64,000 nucleotides of DNA from Octopus sinensis. Lineage: Eukaryota. The translations under genes were made by a program, and so were the position numbers. The notes beneath the pieces were generated by a model, which was not told where the DNA came from, did not search any database, and saw nothing but the letters and a program-made list of their open reading frames with translations. Shown piece by piece: positions 26,271-39,033 of the stretch; within the stretch, counting starts at the first letter, position 1, and the number at the start of each line of letters is the position of its first letter. The stretch is from the NCBI RefSeq assembly GCF_006345805.1, contig NC_043004.1, forward strand, positions 105,586,001 through 105,650,000, in the 5' to 3' direction.

Positions 26271-26509
26271 ATATATATAAGTATATATATATATATATAA
26301 GTATAGGGATGGCATAATTAAAATACCATCACAAGTGGTAAGCGAATTATCAGCCGTTCAGGCAAATTAATAAAATATATACATACAATATTAGATATGT
26401 ACGTATATACACAAGGGTACTACATGAGTACCTATATCGCTATCATTAGTGATATAGGTACTCATGTAGTACCACTGAGTATATACGTACATATCTAATA
26501 GTGTATGTA

Positions 26510-26559
<50 letters not shown>

Positions 26560-26567
26560 TATATATA

Positions 26568-26949
26568 GGCGCAGGAGTGGCTGTGTGGTAAGTAGCTTGC
26601 TAACCAACCACATGGTTCTGGGTTCAGTCCCACTGCATGGCATCTTGAGCAAGTGTCTTCTGCTATAGCCCCGGGTCGACCAATGCCTTGTGAGTGGATT
26701 TGGTAGACGGAAACTGAAAGAAGACTGTCGTATATATGTATATATATATATATAAGTGTGTGTGTCTGTGTTTGTCCCCTCGATGCTGGTGTGTTTACGT
26801 CCCCGTCACCTAGCGGTTCGGCAAAAGAGACCGATAGAATAAGTACTGGGCTTACAAAGAATAAGTCCCGGGGTCGATTTGCTCGACTAAAGGCGGTGCT
26901 CCAGCATGGCCGCAGTCAAATGACTGAAACAAGTAAAAGAGTCAAAGAG
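26568..26949 (+). mobile_element. tRNA-head SINE (family B), near full length
   Basis: Head GGCGCAGGAGTGGCTGTGTGGT...GGGTTCAGTCCC, internal TA/TG tract, tail ...AAACAAGTAAAAGAG. Confidence 0.85.
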
Positions 26950-27107
26950 TATATATATACACACACACACACAAAGAGAAAGAGAGACAGAATGGGGGAC
27001 ATTAAAAGGTCTGATGTCAACTAAGCCAGTATTGAATTAGTGATGTAATATGGGCAGTACCAAAACAGCTGTGCCAAAACATCTCATATCTAGTCGGGGG
27101 GGGGGGA

Positions 27108-28542
27108 TGGCAACAGCCACGTTCAGATCGTTCTCTTACATGCCACTGGCACTGGTATCACAAAGACAATTTCCATTTATGTTGATCAATTTCGATTTTC
27201 ACTTGCCTCAACAGGTCCTCACAAGTAGAGTTTTGTGTCCCAAGAAGGAAAGGTATGCACAAGTGGACTGGCAACATCCCAGGTAGAGGCCACGGGTTAT
27301 GGTCTCACTTGTCCTGCCGGGTCTTCTCATGCACAGCATACTTCCAAAGGTCCCGGTCACTAGTCATCTCCTCGGTGAGACCTAATGTTCGAAGGTTGTG
27401 CTTCACCACCTCGTCCCAGGTTTTCCTGAGTCTACCTCTTCCACAGGTTCCCTCAACCGCTAGGGTGTGGCACTTTTTCACACAACTATCTTCATCCATT
27501 CTTGCCACATGACCATACCAGTGCAAACGTCTCTCTCGCACACCACAACTGATGCTGCTTAGGTCCAACTTTTCTCTCAAGGTACTTACACTCTGCCGAG
27601 TATGAACACTGACATTACACATCCATCGGAGCATACTGGCTTCATTTCTTGCGAGGTTACGCCTATCCTCAGCAGTCACGGCCCATGTTTCACTGCCATG
27701 TAGCATGGCTGTACGTACACATGCATCATACAGTCTGCCTTTTACTCTGTGCGAGAGACCTTTTGTCACCAGCAGAGGTAAGAGCTCTCTGAACTTTGCC
27801 CAGGCTATTCTTACTCTAGCAGTTACACTTTCAGCACACCCAACCCCGCTGCTGACTTGGTCACCTAGGTAACGGAAACTATCAACTATTTCTAGTTTTT
27901 CTCCCTGGAAAGTGACGGAAGTTGGTCTCAGAGCATTTTCAGTGTTTATTGTTCCTGAGCATCTGCCACATACAAAAACCATCTTCCCAGTTAGCCTACC
28001 TTTGACATTGCTGCACCCCTTATGTGTCCATAGCTTACACTTGGTGCATCTTATAGAGTTTCTACCTACACCTTTTCTACAGATCGAGCAGGGCCATCTA
28101 CCTGAAGGCGTTTGTGATTTGTCTACCTTCCTACTTATTAGGACTTTGGTTTTGGCTAGGTTGATTCTAAGGCCCTTCGATTCTAATCCTTGCTTCCACA
28201 CCTGAAACTTCTCCTCCAGTTCTGATAGAGACTCAGCAATTAGAGCAAGGTCATCAGCATAGAGGAGCTCCCAAGGGCATCCTGTCTTGAATTCCTGCGT
28301 TATTGCCCGGAGGACTATGATAAATAGGAGGGGGCTGAGGACTGAGCCTTGGTGGACCCCTACCTCTACCCGGAATTATTCACTGTGCTCGTTGCCAACC
28401 CTCACCTTATTAGGAGTGTCCCTGTACATGGCTCACACAGCTCTCACTAACCATTCATCTATCCCTAGTTTCCTCATTGACCACCAGAAAAGGGATTAAG
28501 GGACCCTGTCAAAGGCTTTCTCCATGCCAACGAAAGCCAGGT

Positions 28543-28543
<1 letters not shown>
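27108..28543 (-). mobile_element. 5'-truncated RTE-clade LINE (RT C-terminal half, PHD-like finger, 3' UTR)
   Basis: YLAFVGMEKAFDRVP...GVHQGSVLSPLLF...LLYADDLAL (YADD at 28250-28261). The 27305-28201 ORF continues it with FRYLGD...RLHWYGHVARM...GRGRLRKTW. In-frame stops occur in the 5' part. Confidence 0.93.
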
Positions 28544-28593
<50 letters not shown>

Positions 28594-29220
28594 TCCAACC
28601 CATGCTAGCATGGAAAGCGGACGTTAAACGATGATGATGATGATATATACTGCATGTGTGTTCATTGCATGTTGTGTGAATTGTGTAGTTGTGTAGTTCA
28701 TGTTATTGCTATTTAGCTCAAGAAACTCATGACCCAAGGCATTCCAATCATGGCTTTCCAAATGAGAAAGACAAGGAAGAGTCTGCTCTACTGCAAATGT
28801 TGTTTTTGCGTCTTTGGTCGTGGGTACATCCTCCCTCCTCTTCCCTTCCTTCTCTCCCTCCTTCTCCTTACTCGGAAGCTCTCCAAAGGATCATTGGTAA
28901 TCCTTCTTCTTTTCTCCTTGGGAACTCAGAAACCTATTATCCATTTTTAAGACGGTAGGGTATAACTCAAGGAAGATTTTGTTGCTGTTTCTAACAGGGG
29001 GAAAAACACATAAATGTGTTTAGTACCTTGTGCAAGTGGCCTATACTTTAGCTCCAGATCTACTGATGCCTTGAGGGTGAACTTGTCTGACAGAAGCTGT
29101 ACCGAAGTCTGTCATTTATGCATACATACATACATGCATACATGCAAATATATGTGTGTGTGTGGGGGGTGCACACACATACATATATATATACACACAC
29201 ACATATATATATATATACAT

Positions 29221-29428
29221 ACACACGGGGTGCTAAAAGTTCCTGGCTTTAAAGCTATCATGAAAGGCCTGATGGAGGCCCAACATTCTGAGTTCTTTTA
29301 CAGGACTTAGAAAAACTGAAGGACCGCTGCAAAAAGTGTGTGAATGTGAGAAGGGGATGTGTTGAGTAAAATCTTAACTGTATTTTCTTTTACCAAAATC
29401 CAGGAACTTTTCAACAACTTCTCATTTA
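29221..29428. mobile_element. mariner-derived internal-deletion element
   Basis: Imperfect TIRs ...AAAAGTTCCTGGCTTT / AAAATCCAGGAACTTTT. The internal KLKDRCKKCVNVRRGCVE* resembles a mariner C-terminus. Confidence 0.6.
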
Positions 29429-29684
29429 TATGTGTGTGTGAGTGTGTCTGTGCATGCATGTGTGTGCTTCTTATCATTTGGTAACAGGTGTAGGTTGGCT
29501 TGCATTCTCTAATGGACTCTGTTTTTGGCAAAAAAAGAGATACCTGTTGAATAAGTACCAAAATTGAAGTAAATATTGGGGTTGATACGACCAACGGTAA
29601 TACATACACACACATACACACATACACACACACACATATATAAATATAAAACCCCTTCAATGCAGTACCATGATCATGATGACG

Positions 29685-29840
29685 ACGATGACAATAGTGA
29701 TGATGACAACTACAACGGCGATGACAATGGTAATGATGATGACGACAACAACGATGACAACAACGACGGCGATGATGATGATGATGATGATGATGATAAT
29801 GATGATGATGATGATGATGATATTGATGATGATGATAATT
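29685..29840. repeat. (GAT/GAC)n trinucleotide repeat
   Basis: Direct inspection. A similar tract lies at 24740-24960. Confidence 0.95.
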
Positions 29841-29949
29841 ATGACAATTCTGTTGTTGTTGTTTTTGTTGTGCAGGACCAGATCACTCCTGATCAAGCAG
29901 GTCCCAAAATCATCTTATCTTTTATCCTGACTTAATATATCTAGAACTA

Positions 29950-30260
29950 CATCACCCAATATGTTCATTGTTCCTAGCTGAGAGAGATAATATAGAAGTC
30001 CCTTGACTCACGTAGTATCTGTGTTGTTATAATATAGTCATGTTGCATAGTTGCATAATATATGGTGTTTCTGTTACTGTTGTTGTTTTGAGATCCATCT
30101 TGCAGAAAACTCTATCAAAGCTAAGACAGCAGTTTACGATTTTGTAGACAGAGCCTTGGCTAATTTGAATAACATTTTCTACTCCATCAATAGTCACTTG
30201 TCTGTTCAACAGAACTATGTCACAGATACCTTCACTGATGATATATGCATAAAATTTGAT
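29950..30260 (-). mobile_element. Degenerate mariner transposase fragment (HTH region)
   Basis: VLLNRQVTIDGVENVIQISQGSVYKIVNCCLSFDRVFCKMDLK resembles the mariner DRRVTIDEVA..LQISHGSAY.I....LGF.KVCARWVP segment. Confidence 0.7.
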
Positions 30261-31029
30261 CGGCGTCTGTCTCCTCGATCTGGGTTGACCCCAGGTCAGC
30301 CCTGTTCAAGAAGTGAAGAGTTTGTAAAATGGCAGTGTTGCAGTATGATAGCTATGGTGGTGGTGTTGGTGTTGGTGGTGGTTTTGGTGGTGTTAGTGGT
30401 GATGTTTGTGATGGTGTTGTTGTTGTTGTTGTAGTGGTGATGATATTGCTGGTGTTGTGGTGGTGGTGGTGGTGATGGCGATGGATCAATCAGACCTATG
30501 ATTAATGGAGCTCCAGATATGACTATCCAGACTTTTTTCTTTATGCACGGAACTCAAATATCACATTATCCATTCAATATGTTCTTTTTAAAGACTTGAG
30601 GGAAACTTGGTTGCTATTTTTAGCAAACCATTCCACCATGTGCAAGCTTCCTCATTGGTTTGCCCATGATGTTATTGTGGCATGTGATGTTGTATGGTTG
30701 CGGCAGTGTCATAGCATGTGTTTTGAACACCCTTTCCTTTGTAATAGCCAAATTAGCCACCCCTATCTTGAAATGTAACATGCCTCCAATATTTGTCTGC
30801 CACCCCCATTCAAAGTGGATGCCTTCTGTGGACTACACATTCTGCATACCCTAGGCTATGCTACTGCACTGCAGTATGAAGCTATAGTATGGGATAGTGT
30901 TGTGTGTAGTGTCAATCTAGTGCGTGTGTAATTGTGTTTTAGTATGTATGTGTGTTGCTGTAGTCTGCTGAAGAGTTGTAGTATGCTTGCATATTAGTGT
31001 GACGATCATCTAATGTATGCTGGTGTTGT

Positions 31030-31410
31030 GGATGCACAATGACCCAGTGGTTAGGGCAGCAGACATGCAGTTGTGAGATCATGGTTTCAATTCCCAGACC
31101 AGGTGTTGTGAGTGTTTATTGAGTGAAAACACCTAAAGCTCCACGTGGCTCTGGAGTGGAGGGTGGCAAACCCTACTGTACTCTTCCACCACAACCTTCT
31201 CTCTCTCTTTCTTCCTGTTTCTGTTGTACCTGTATTTCAAAGGGGCCAGTCTTGTCACATTCTGTGTCATGCTGAATCTCCCCGAGAACTACATTAACGG
31301 TACATGTGTCTGTGGAGTGCTCAGCCACTTAAACGTTAATTTCACGAGCAGGCTGTTCCGTTGTTTGGATCAATTGGAACTCGCATCGTCATAACCGACG
31401 GAGTGCCACG
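31030..31410 (+). mobile_element. tRNA-head SINE (family A), older copy
   Basis: Matches 22692-22996 and the reverse complement of 17165-17560. Confidence 0.8.
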
Positions 31411-33939
31411 ATGTTGGTGTTATAAATCATGTTTGTGTTGTAGCATATGAGGTGATGTAGTGTGGGTACAGTGCAGCAAAGTTGTAGTCTAGTGTTATTA
31501 TAGTGTGCAGGTTATAGTGTGCACCCATATTAATAATAGATTGCTTAGTACGGGGGTGATGGGGCATTGTATGGTGATTGTGTAGTAGCTATGGTAGAGA
31601 TGGTAGTGGTGGTGGTGGTGGTGGTGGTGGTGAAAGTGCTGGTAGTAGTGGTGGTGATGGTGACGTTGACAGTGATGGTGGTGGCTTTATTAGTGATGGT
31701 GGTGGTGTTACTGGGAGTGATGATGGTGGTGGTGGTGGTGGCAGGTTTGTGTAGTGGAATAACTAGCAATGGTGACAGTGGCATTGGTTGTTAGTGATGG
31801 TCACTAAGGCATTCTTAGTGATGACAGTGGCATTCGGCAGTGTTAGTGGGGTGATTTTACTGGAATTGGTGGTGGTGGTGGTGATTTTGCTGGTAAGCTG
31901 AGAGACTTGTAGTTGATGCCAACATTTCCTGTTGCATCAGTAACACCAATGATAGTACCAATCTCTTGGGAAGGGGGGAGAGCCACTAAACAGCAATGAA
32001 ACCATTTAATCCAGTTGTAATAATGATTTTTAACTAATAGACATGGTAATAAAACAACCAGAAATCCTTTACTGCCCTCTTTCTTCTCTCTCCTTCAATT
32101 ATACAATAAGCCAGGCTTGCTAACCAGCACTAACAATTCAATATTTCTCCAGGTTGTTTCTGTACCATTTCCACCCTCACCCATATTAATAATAGATACA
32201 TTAAAAATTGAAAGCTATAGATATGTTCATTCTCATCAGTCAGGTTTCTCGACCCAAATTAAGATCAGGGTTAGAAAAATCCCTGCCAATCCACTCCCAG
32301 GTTAGAGACATACTGGAACCATTGAACGCACGGTTGTAAGACTTCACAAATTTCTGGCTGAATGGAGAGAATCGTTCTTTAGTACACTTACACTTATACA
32401 TGTATAACTGTGCACACACACACACACATACATGCACACATCATCATTATAATCTAAATCACACACATGCACACACACATATATATAATTGTGAATCTCT
32501 CTCTCTCTCCTCCCATACGCACCATTGCATATACATATATATATATATAAATATATCATATATATATATGTATATATATATCATATGGTATATATATCAT
32601 GTGTGTGTGTGTGTGTAATAAATATATAGGTTTTCTTTTGAAAGTTCTTGGGATTATATATATACATACATTTTAAATTTTTAATGAGATCTTTGATGTG
32701 AAGTGAGAGAGAAAGAGTTATCGGCAGCGATAGAGGATTTTTATCTGCACTATGTAGTATTTGTTAGTAATGTATTTGGGGATATTTCTATAATTTCATC
32801 AAGTGTAAAAGAAAAACGAACAAAAACAAGAAAAAGGAGAAAGTTCAAAAAGATAGACACATAGACTATCATACTATCCAATGGATGAAAGATGGTGGGT
32901 AGGGAAGAAAGATAGAGGGACTTATGCTACTTAATTCTACATAAACCCAAGATAAACAGCGGCTCTATGGATTAACTAAGAAAATGTACAGAGATAACTG
33001 TGTGTGGTTAATGCTTAGTTTGAATTATTGAAAGTTAGTGGGTAGATGAGAATACCTGGGTATGGAGGGTGTTCCAGAGAGATCCAGCTATCAGTGTGTT
33101 GAGATTATGATTTTGAATAGCGCAGAGATCTTTTTTAACTGTTTTATGTATCATATATTAATTATGCTTATTTAAGTAAATTCTTTCATTCTTTTGCTAG
33201 CTTCATTCATTGAACTATGATTATGTTGGGAATACTATCTTTAAGGGTTTTAGTCAATTACATCAGTTCACCCCAGTACTTAATCAGGTAATTATTTTAC
33301 CAGCTGGTCCCTATTTATTTCAGTGGGTAAAGTTAAAAATAATTATGTCCCCCTAAAGGGACATGATTTTTTGAGAAGATTCCCTTTAGAGAGTTCCTTT
33401 CCTTTTATAGATTCAAGTATCACAATGAAAAGCATGCCTCTATATGGTTGTATGCCCTCCTACAAATAGCAGCTAAATCTATCTTAAATTACACTCAACC
33501 ACTTTAAAGCATGGAGAAAATAGAAGATAATGTAGTTTTAAGAAACAATGAACTGAAGATGGTCACTGCTAGAATGCCTTTGGTCATAGTGTTACCGATC
33601 AGAATTGACTTGGAGCTAAACAATAAAAATGCCACCACACACATGCACACACATTCAAGCATGCACACACACACTCATGTGCATTCACATATGCTTAAAT
33701 GCATGCTCATATGCACATGTTCTCACACACCCATTCATGTACACTCATATGCACACACACACATGCGTGCACACACACACATGCGTGCATACACACATGC
33801 ACCCGTACATGCAAATGCACATGTATGGTTATATACATGCATGCTCACACACTCACACACACTTGTGCACACACATGCACACATGCATGTGCTCACTCGC
33901 ATGCCTGCTGGAACACATGCTTGCGTGCACACACACACA

Positions 33940-34230
33940 CACACATGCACACATGCTTGTGTTCTCACACACTCACAATCACATGTATGCTTGCACACAC
34001 ACACACACACACATGCACACATGCTTGTGTTCTCACACACTCACAATCACATGTATGCTTGCACACACACACACACATGCACACATGCTTGTGCTCTCAC
34101 ACACTCACAATCACATGTATGCTTGCACACACACACACATACACACATGCTTGTGCTCTCACACACTCACAATCATATGTATGCTTGCACACACACACAC
34201 ATACACATGCACACACATGCACACATTCAC
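33940..34230. repeat. CA-rich minisatellite, about 60-66-bp unit, four copies
   Basis: The unit GCACACATGCTTGTG(T/C)TCTCACACACTCACAATCA(C/T)ATGTATGCTTGCA(CA)n recurs four times. Confidence 0.9.
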
Positions 34231-34507
34231 ACACACTCTCTCACACACACACATACACACAGTCATGAGATGACTGGATGAAAATATCTTGCAGCATCTA
34301 TTTTGGCTTCTTGCGCTCTGAGTTCAAGCCCCAACTAGGTCAGCTTTATGTTTCATCCTTCTTGGATCAATAAATAAAGTACCAGCCTAGGAGGAGACTC
34401 AAGATAGGAAGTCATTGTAACATTAAATATAACATGGTACTTGTGTTACTTGTTCTACTGCTTTGTGTTCTGAGCTCAAATCCTGCCAAGGATTACTTGA
34501 ATTGTCA

Positions 34508-34835
34508 TTGCTCAGTGGTTAGAGCATCGGGCTTACAATCATGAGGTAGTGAGTTCGAATCCCAGGTTGGGCTGTGCATTGTGTTCTTGAGCAAGACACT
34601 TTATTTCACATTGCTCCAGTTTACTCAGCTGTAGAAATTAGTTGCAATGTCACTGGTGCCATGCTGTATCAGCCTTTGCCTTTGCTTTTGATAATATCAG
34701 TGGCATGAAGAGGAGAGGCTGATATACATAGGTGACTGTTGGTCTTCCATAAACAACTTTGCTCAGACTTGTGCCTCAGAGGGTAACTTTCTAGGTGCAA
34801 TCCCATGGTCATTCATGACCGAAAGGGGTCTTAGC
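34508..34835 (+). mobile_element. tRNA-head SINE (family C)
   Basis: TGCTCAGTGGTTAGAG...GAGTTCGAATCCC (clear A and B boxes), body as 17703-18008. Confidence 0.85.
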
Positions 34836-36014
34836 CTTTTTTTTTTACATTTAAACACACGCGTGTGGTCTTGCGTAGAGTACCACTGTGTGGTACCTTG
34901 GTCATGTGTCTTCTGCTTATAGTTCTAGGCTGACCACAGCCCTGTGAGTGGGTTTCATTGACAGAACCTGAAAGCAGTCCATTGTAAAGGTGTGTGTGTG
35001 TGTGTGTTTCCACATGTATTGATGTTATGTGATGATTGCAAATGAGCATCACCATTATTCAAAGGTTGTTTGTTTTCTGACTTCTTCCAAAATTAAATAT
35101 TACCTTACTTGGAAACAAATGATGATTGAAAACAGGAAGGGCGTCCAGTCTTATAAAAGTCTGCCTCACCAAATTCAATCTGACCCATGCAAGCATAGAA
35201 AAGTGGATGTTAAATGATGGTGAAGCAGGGGGAGGATAAAAGACTATGGGCAATATTCTGATTCTTACATTCCATTTTTTATTCTGGAATATCAACATCA
35301 AATAATTAAGATAGAAAGAAAAAGAAAATGGAAATAGAAGTAAAATGCTTGCTGAGTGCTGCAATGTTTATGGTGAAGAAACAAATGAGATTACTTAACG
35401 AAGCAATAGCATATTTTGGCATAATCCCATTAACAATAGTCAAGGAATTAGTCACACCTTAACGAAGCTTTTAAAACTCAGTAAACTACTTAAGTCATCG
35501 GCACTTCTTTCATCTGACAACAATCTCAACTCAGGTGCCGCCACAGCTCTTCTGCTAGAGTGCTAACACATGAGCAAGGAATTTATTAATTTTGAAGATT
35601 TAGCATAAAAGAATTGATCATAGTAGTAGTAGTAGTAGTAGTAGAATACTAGCTGTGGTGAATGTCATAGCAGTTAAGTTGGTAGCAGTGTTTGTTTTAA
35701 TGATAGCACTTGTGAGAGTGGATGTGATGGAGTTTATGGTATGCTAGTACATATAGTTGTGGTGGTGATGGTGGTGGCATGGTGGTGGTAGTATGACTGA
35801 TAAAGAAATTTTGGGGTTTTTTTTTTCCTCTTTATTTTTGTTTAACCTTGCTCTTCCCTACTTGAAACATTGCATTGCCTGAAGAAACGTAACATCTCAC
35901 CTCTCCCTCATGGCACACACATAACTTATCTTGTTTTATAAATATTTTTACAGTAGTTTGAAGTTTAGATTTTTCCTGATTACTTCTGTAAATTAAAATT
36001 ATTGCCAATATCAT

Positions 36015-36058
<44 letters not shown>

Positions 36059-36449
36059 CGTATGTGTGTGTGTGTGGAGTGTGTATGTATATGTATGTAT
36101 AAATTGGTGAATAACAGAAGGAACCATTTTTCTTTGAAGTATTTAACCTCATCTTCTGTGTTTTTTTCTCTGTTTTTTTTAAAATTCTGCTGTGATTTTT
36201 CTTTATGTTCTGTTGCAATATTTGCCTATTTCTTTCTGGTGTTCTGCTCTGATCCAGCACACACATAGTCAAAGGGTTGCAGCTGTGACCATTGTTCATG
36301 AAACGATCGTAGTGTTTTATACTTTATCTTTTATTAAACTTTTAATACTTTTGATATATATTTAAAATAATATAAATTAATTAATTTTATGTATTGTCTA
36401 ATGTTTTTCATTGTTTGATTTGCCTAATAGTGGTTTTATCTCTAATTAA

Positions 36450-36515
<66 letters not shown>

Positions 36516-36519
<4 letters not shown>

Positions 36520-36723
36520 ACCGCGTGTGTTCCGTTCATGATTTTTTTTCCTCCGTCTTCCCTTCTCTGGATCTTTCCTTTTCCTATGTTTCTGACAAAG
36601 AGCTCCACTTGAAATGTTAAACCCTCCTTCTTCCTTTCCTTCCTGAGCGTCCAATGATACTATATTTGTTCCACATCCTCGCGTTGTTGTGTTTTCTCTC
36701 TGTGTTTTCATGTTTGGATTAAC
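36516..36723 (+). mobile_element. About 210-bp non-coding repeat carrying a minimal hammerhead-like motif (36588-36622)
   Basis: GTTT-CTGACAA-A-GAG-CTCCA-CTT-GAAA-TG-T-T-AAAC. The element is the reverse-complement homolog of 61093-61297 and is bounded by (TG)n and (TA)n. Confidence 0.7.
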
Positions 36724-36735
36724 TATATATATATA

Positions 36736-37156
36736 CTCTTTTACTCTTTTTACTCTTTTACTTGTTTCAGTCATTTGACTGCGGCCGTGCTGGAGCACCG
36801 CCTTTAGTCGACAAATCAACCCCGGGACTTATTCTTTGTAAGCCCAGTACTTATTCTATCAGTCTCTTTTGCCGAACCGCTAAGTGACGGGGACGTAAAC
36901 ACACCAGCATCGGTTGTCAAGCAACGCTAGGGGGACAAACACAGACACACAAACATATACACACACACTTATATATATATATATACATATATACGACAGG
37001 CTTCTTTCGGTTTCCGTCTACCAAATCCACTCACAAGGCATTGGTCGGCCCGGGGCTATAGCAGAAGACACTTGCCCAAGATGCCACGCTGTGGGACTGA
37101 ACCCAGAACCATGTGGTTGGTTAGCAAGCTACTTACCACACAGCCACTCCTGCGCC
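36736..37156 (-). mobile_element. tRNA-head SINE (family B), full length
   Basis: Reverse-complement match to 26568-26949. Confidence 0.85.
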
Positions 37157-37909
37157 TATATATATATATATATATATATATATGCGTGTGTGTATGTCTG
37201 TGAAGGTACATTGCTCAGTGGTTAGAGTGTCAGGCTCACAATCATGAGGTAGTGAGTTCGATTCAATAGTTTTGATTTACATTCAGGTGATTTTTGGCTA
37301 ACCCTAAATACGATCTTTCGTTTACATCTGTTTTTCTATGTTAGCCTAGTTTAGATAAGTATCATCAAAGCATTGTTGTACTGCCAGATGCTCTTTCTGT
37401 CCCTATATCATCATTATCTTCATCATTTAACATCCATGTACCATACTGACATGAGTTGGATGGTTTGACAGGATCTGATAGGCTCAAGGATGGTATTGTG
37501 CTCCAGTGTCTAGTTGGGACATTTTCTATAACTGGGTGCCCTTCCTAACACTAAGTACTTTACGTCATGTACTGGGTGCCTTTTTTCCTGACACAGGCAC
37601 TAGTGTGGCTGTCACATAGTTTCCAAGACAAAAAACCTTGGGAGTGCAACTTTATGATAGAAGTTGAGAGGCAAATGATGGCTAAATGTATAAGAGAAGA
37701 GGCCAAAGTGAAACAGGTATCATGCTGCAGAGGGGTTATATGAGAGTGCTAGAGCCAAAGTGTGATGAGTGCAAGGGGGAGAAGATAACTGATGGTGCTG
37801 AACAGGAGGAGAACAACAGAGGGAAGATGTTGGGTTGGGTTGGGTTGGTTGCAGGAGTGGGTGAAGATGAAAGAACAAGCATATATATATATCTGAAATC
37901 AGTTAAAGA

Positions 37910-39033
37910 ATATCCATGTTATCCTCAGATTATGACACTTTTAATAAACATGCCCCATTTTATAATAAAGCATTAAAAGAAGCAGAATACAACTCTAATA
38001 TAAAATTCTTTAATTATTATGAACCCATTTATAATAATAATAATATAACAAGTATTCCTAATAAAACTAATAATAAATCTAACAGTAAAAATATGAATAA
38101 TAATAATAAAAGACAATATAACAAACTAAATAAAGATAAAAATAATATAGCTGTTAATAATGATTATAATAATAAGAGTAATAATGATAATGAAAATATG
38201 AGCAATAGTAAGAAATATAATAAAGTATACATAAAGAGATATAATATACCTAAGAATGACAATTTAATACCCATGATATCTACTAATAATGATAATATAA
38301 AAATATAAAAAATAAAAAAGATATTATATGGTTAATTTTTCCATACGGGGATCAGGTTATGACTAATATTATTAAGGAGACACTTAAAATAGTAAAAAGG
38401 GTTTTTAAAAAGGACAATAGTTATTCAAATATATTTTCCAATAAAACAATAAGAGTTGAATACTCAACATTGAGAAATGTAGGCGATATCCTTTCCTCTA
38501 TAAATAATAAGAAATTAAATAATTATTATAATAGCATAATAAATAATAACTCTAGCCATAATATAACTGATAGTGATAGAAGACAATCAACATATAGAAA
38601 AATGTTCATGTCGTGATAAGACTAAATGTAAGATCTCTAATAATTGTAAAATAGATAATGTAATTGATAAATGTATAGTTCGCTCTAAGAACAATAATAA
38701 TAAAATAAGGCTTATATTGGATCCACAGCTAATGAAATTTAAAAAAGAATATCCCAACACTACCAGACCTTTAAAAATCCCAATTTCAGTAAGTCTACAG
38801 GCTTAGGTAAATATATTTGGGAATAAAAATCTAGAAAAAGAGCATATACCCTTAATTGGAGTATTATAGGTAGAGCCCACTCCTATAATATTGGGAATGA
38901 AATGTATTTATTATGCATAAGTGAATTTATGAAACTACTACAGTTTAGAGATAAATTACTAAACACACATGATGAAGGAAGAGTAAAATGTATGCATCGA
39001 AGTAATTTTACATTTAGTAAAATGAAGTACTGA
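37910..39033 (+). mobile_element. Penelope-like element fragment (thumb, Asn-rich linker, GIY-YIG)
   Basis: LSSDYDTFNKHAPFYNKALKEAEY...DIIWL...EYSTLRNVGDILSSINNKKL...CSCRDKTKC...CKIDNVIDKC / AYIGST...GLGKYIWE...WSII...LLC...KCMH. Several frameshifts and stops. Confidence 0.88.

Noticed and set aside
30051-30434. Plus-strand ORF (ENSIKAKTAVYDFVDRALANLNNIFYS...) as a host exon
   Set aside because: It is the antisense of a recognisable mariner transposase fragment.
35455-35555. Possible minus-strand exon RRAVAAPELRLLSDERSADDLSSLLSFKSFVK
   Set aside because: Mediocre polypyrimidine tract, no recognisable family, and opposite strand to the best exon candidate.
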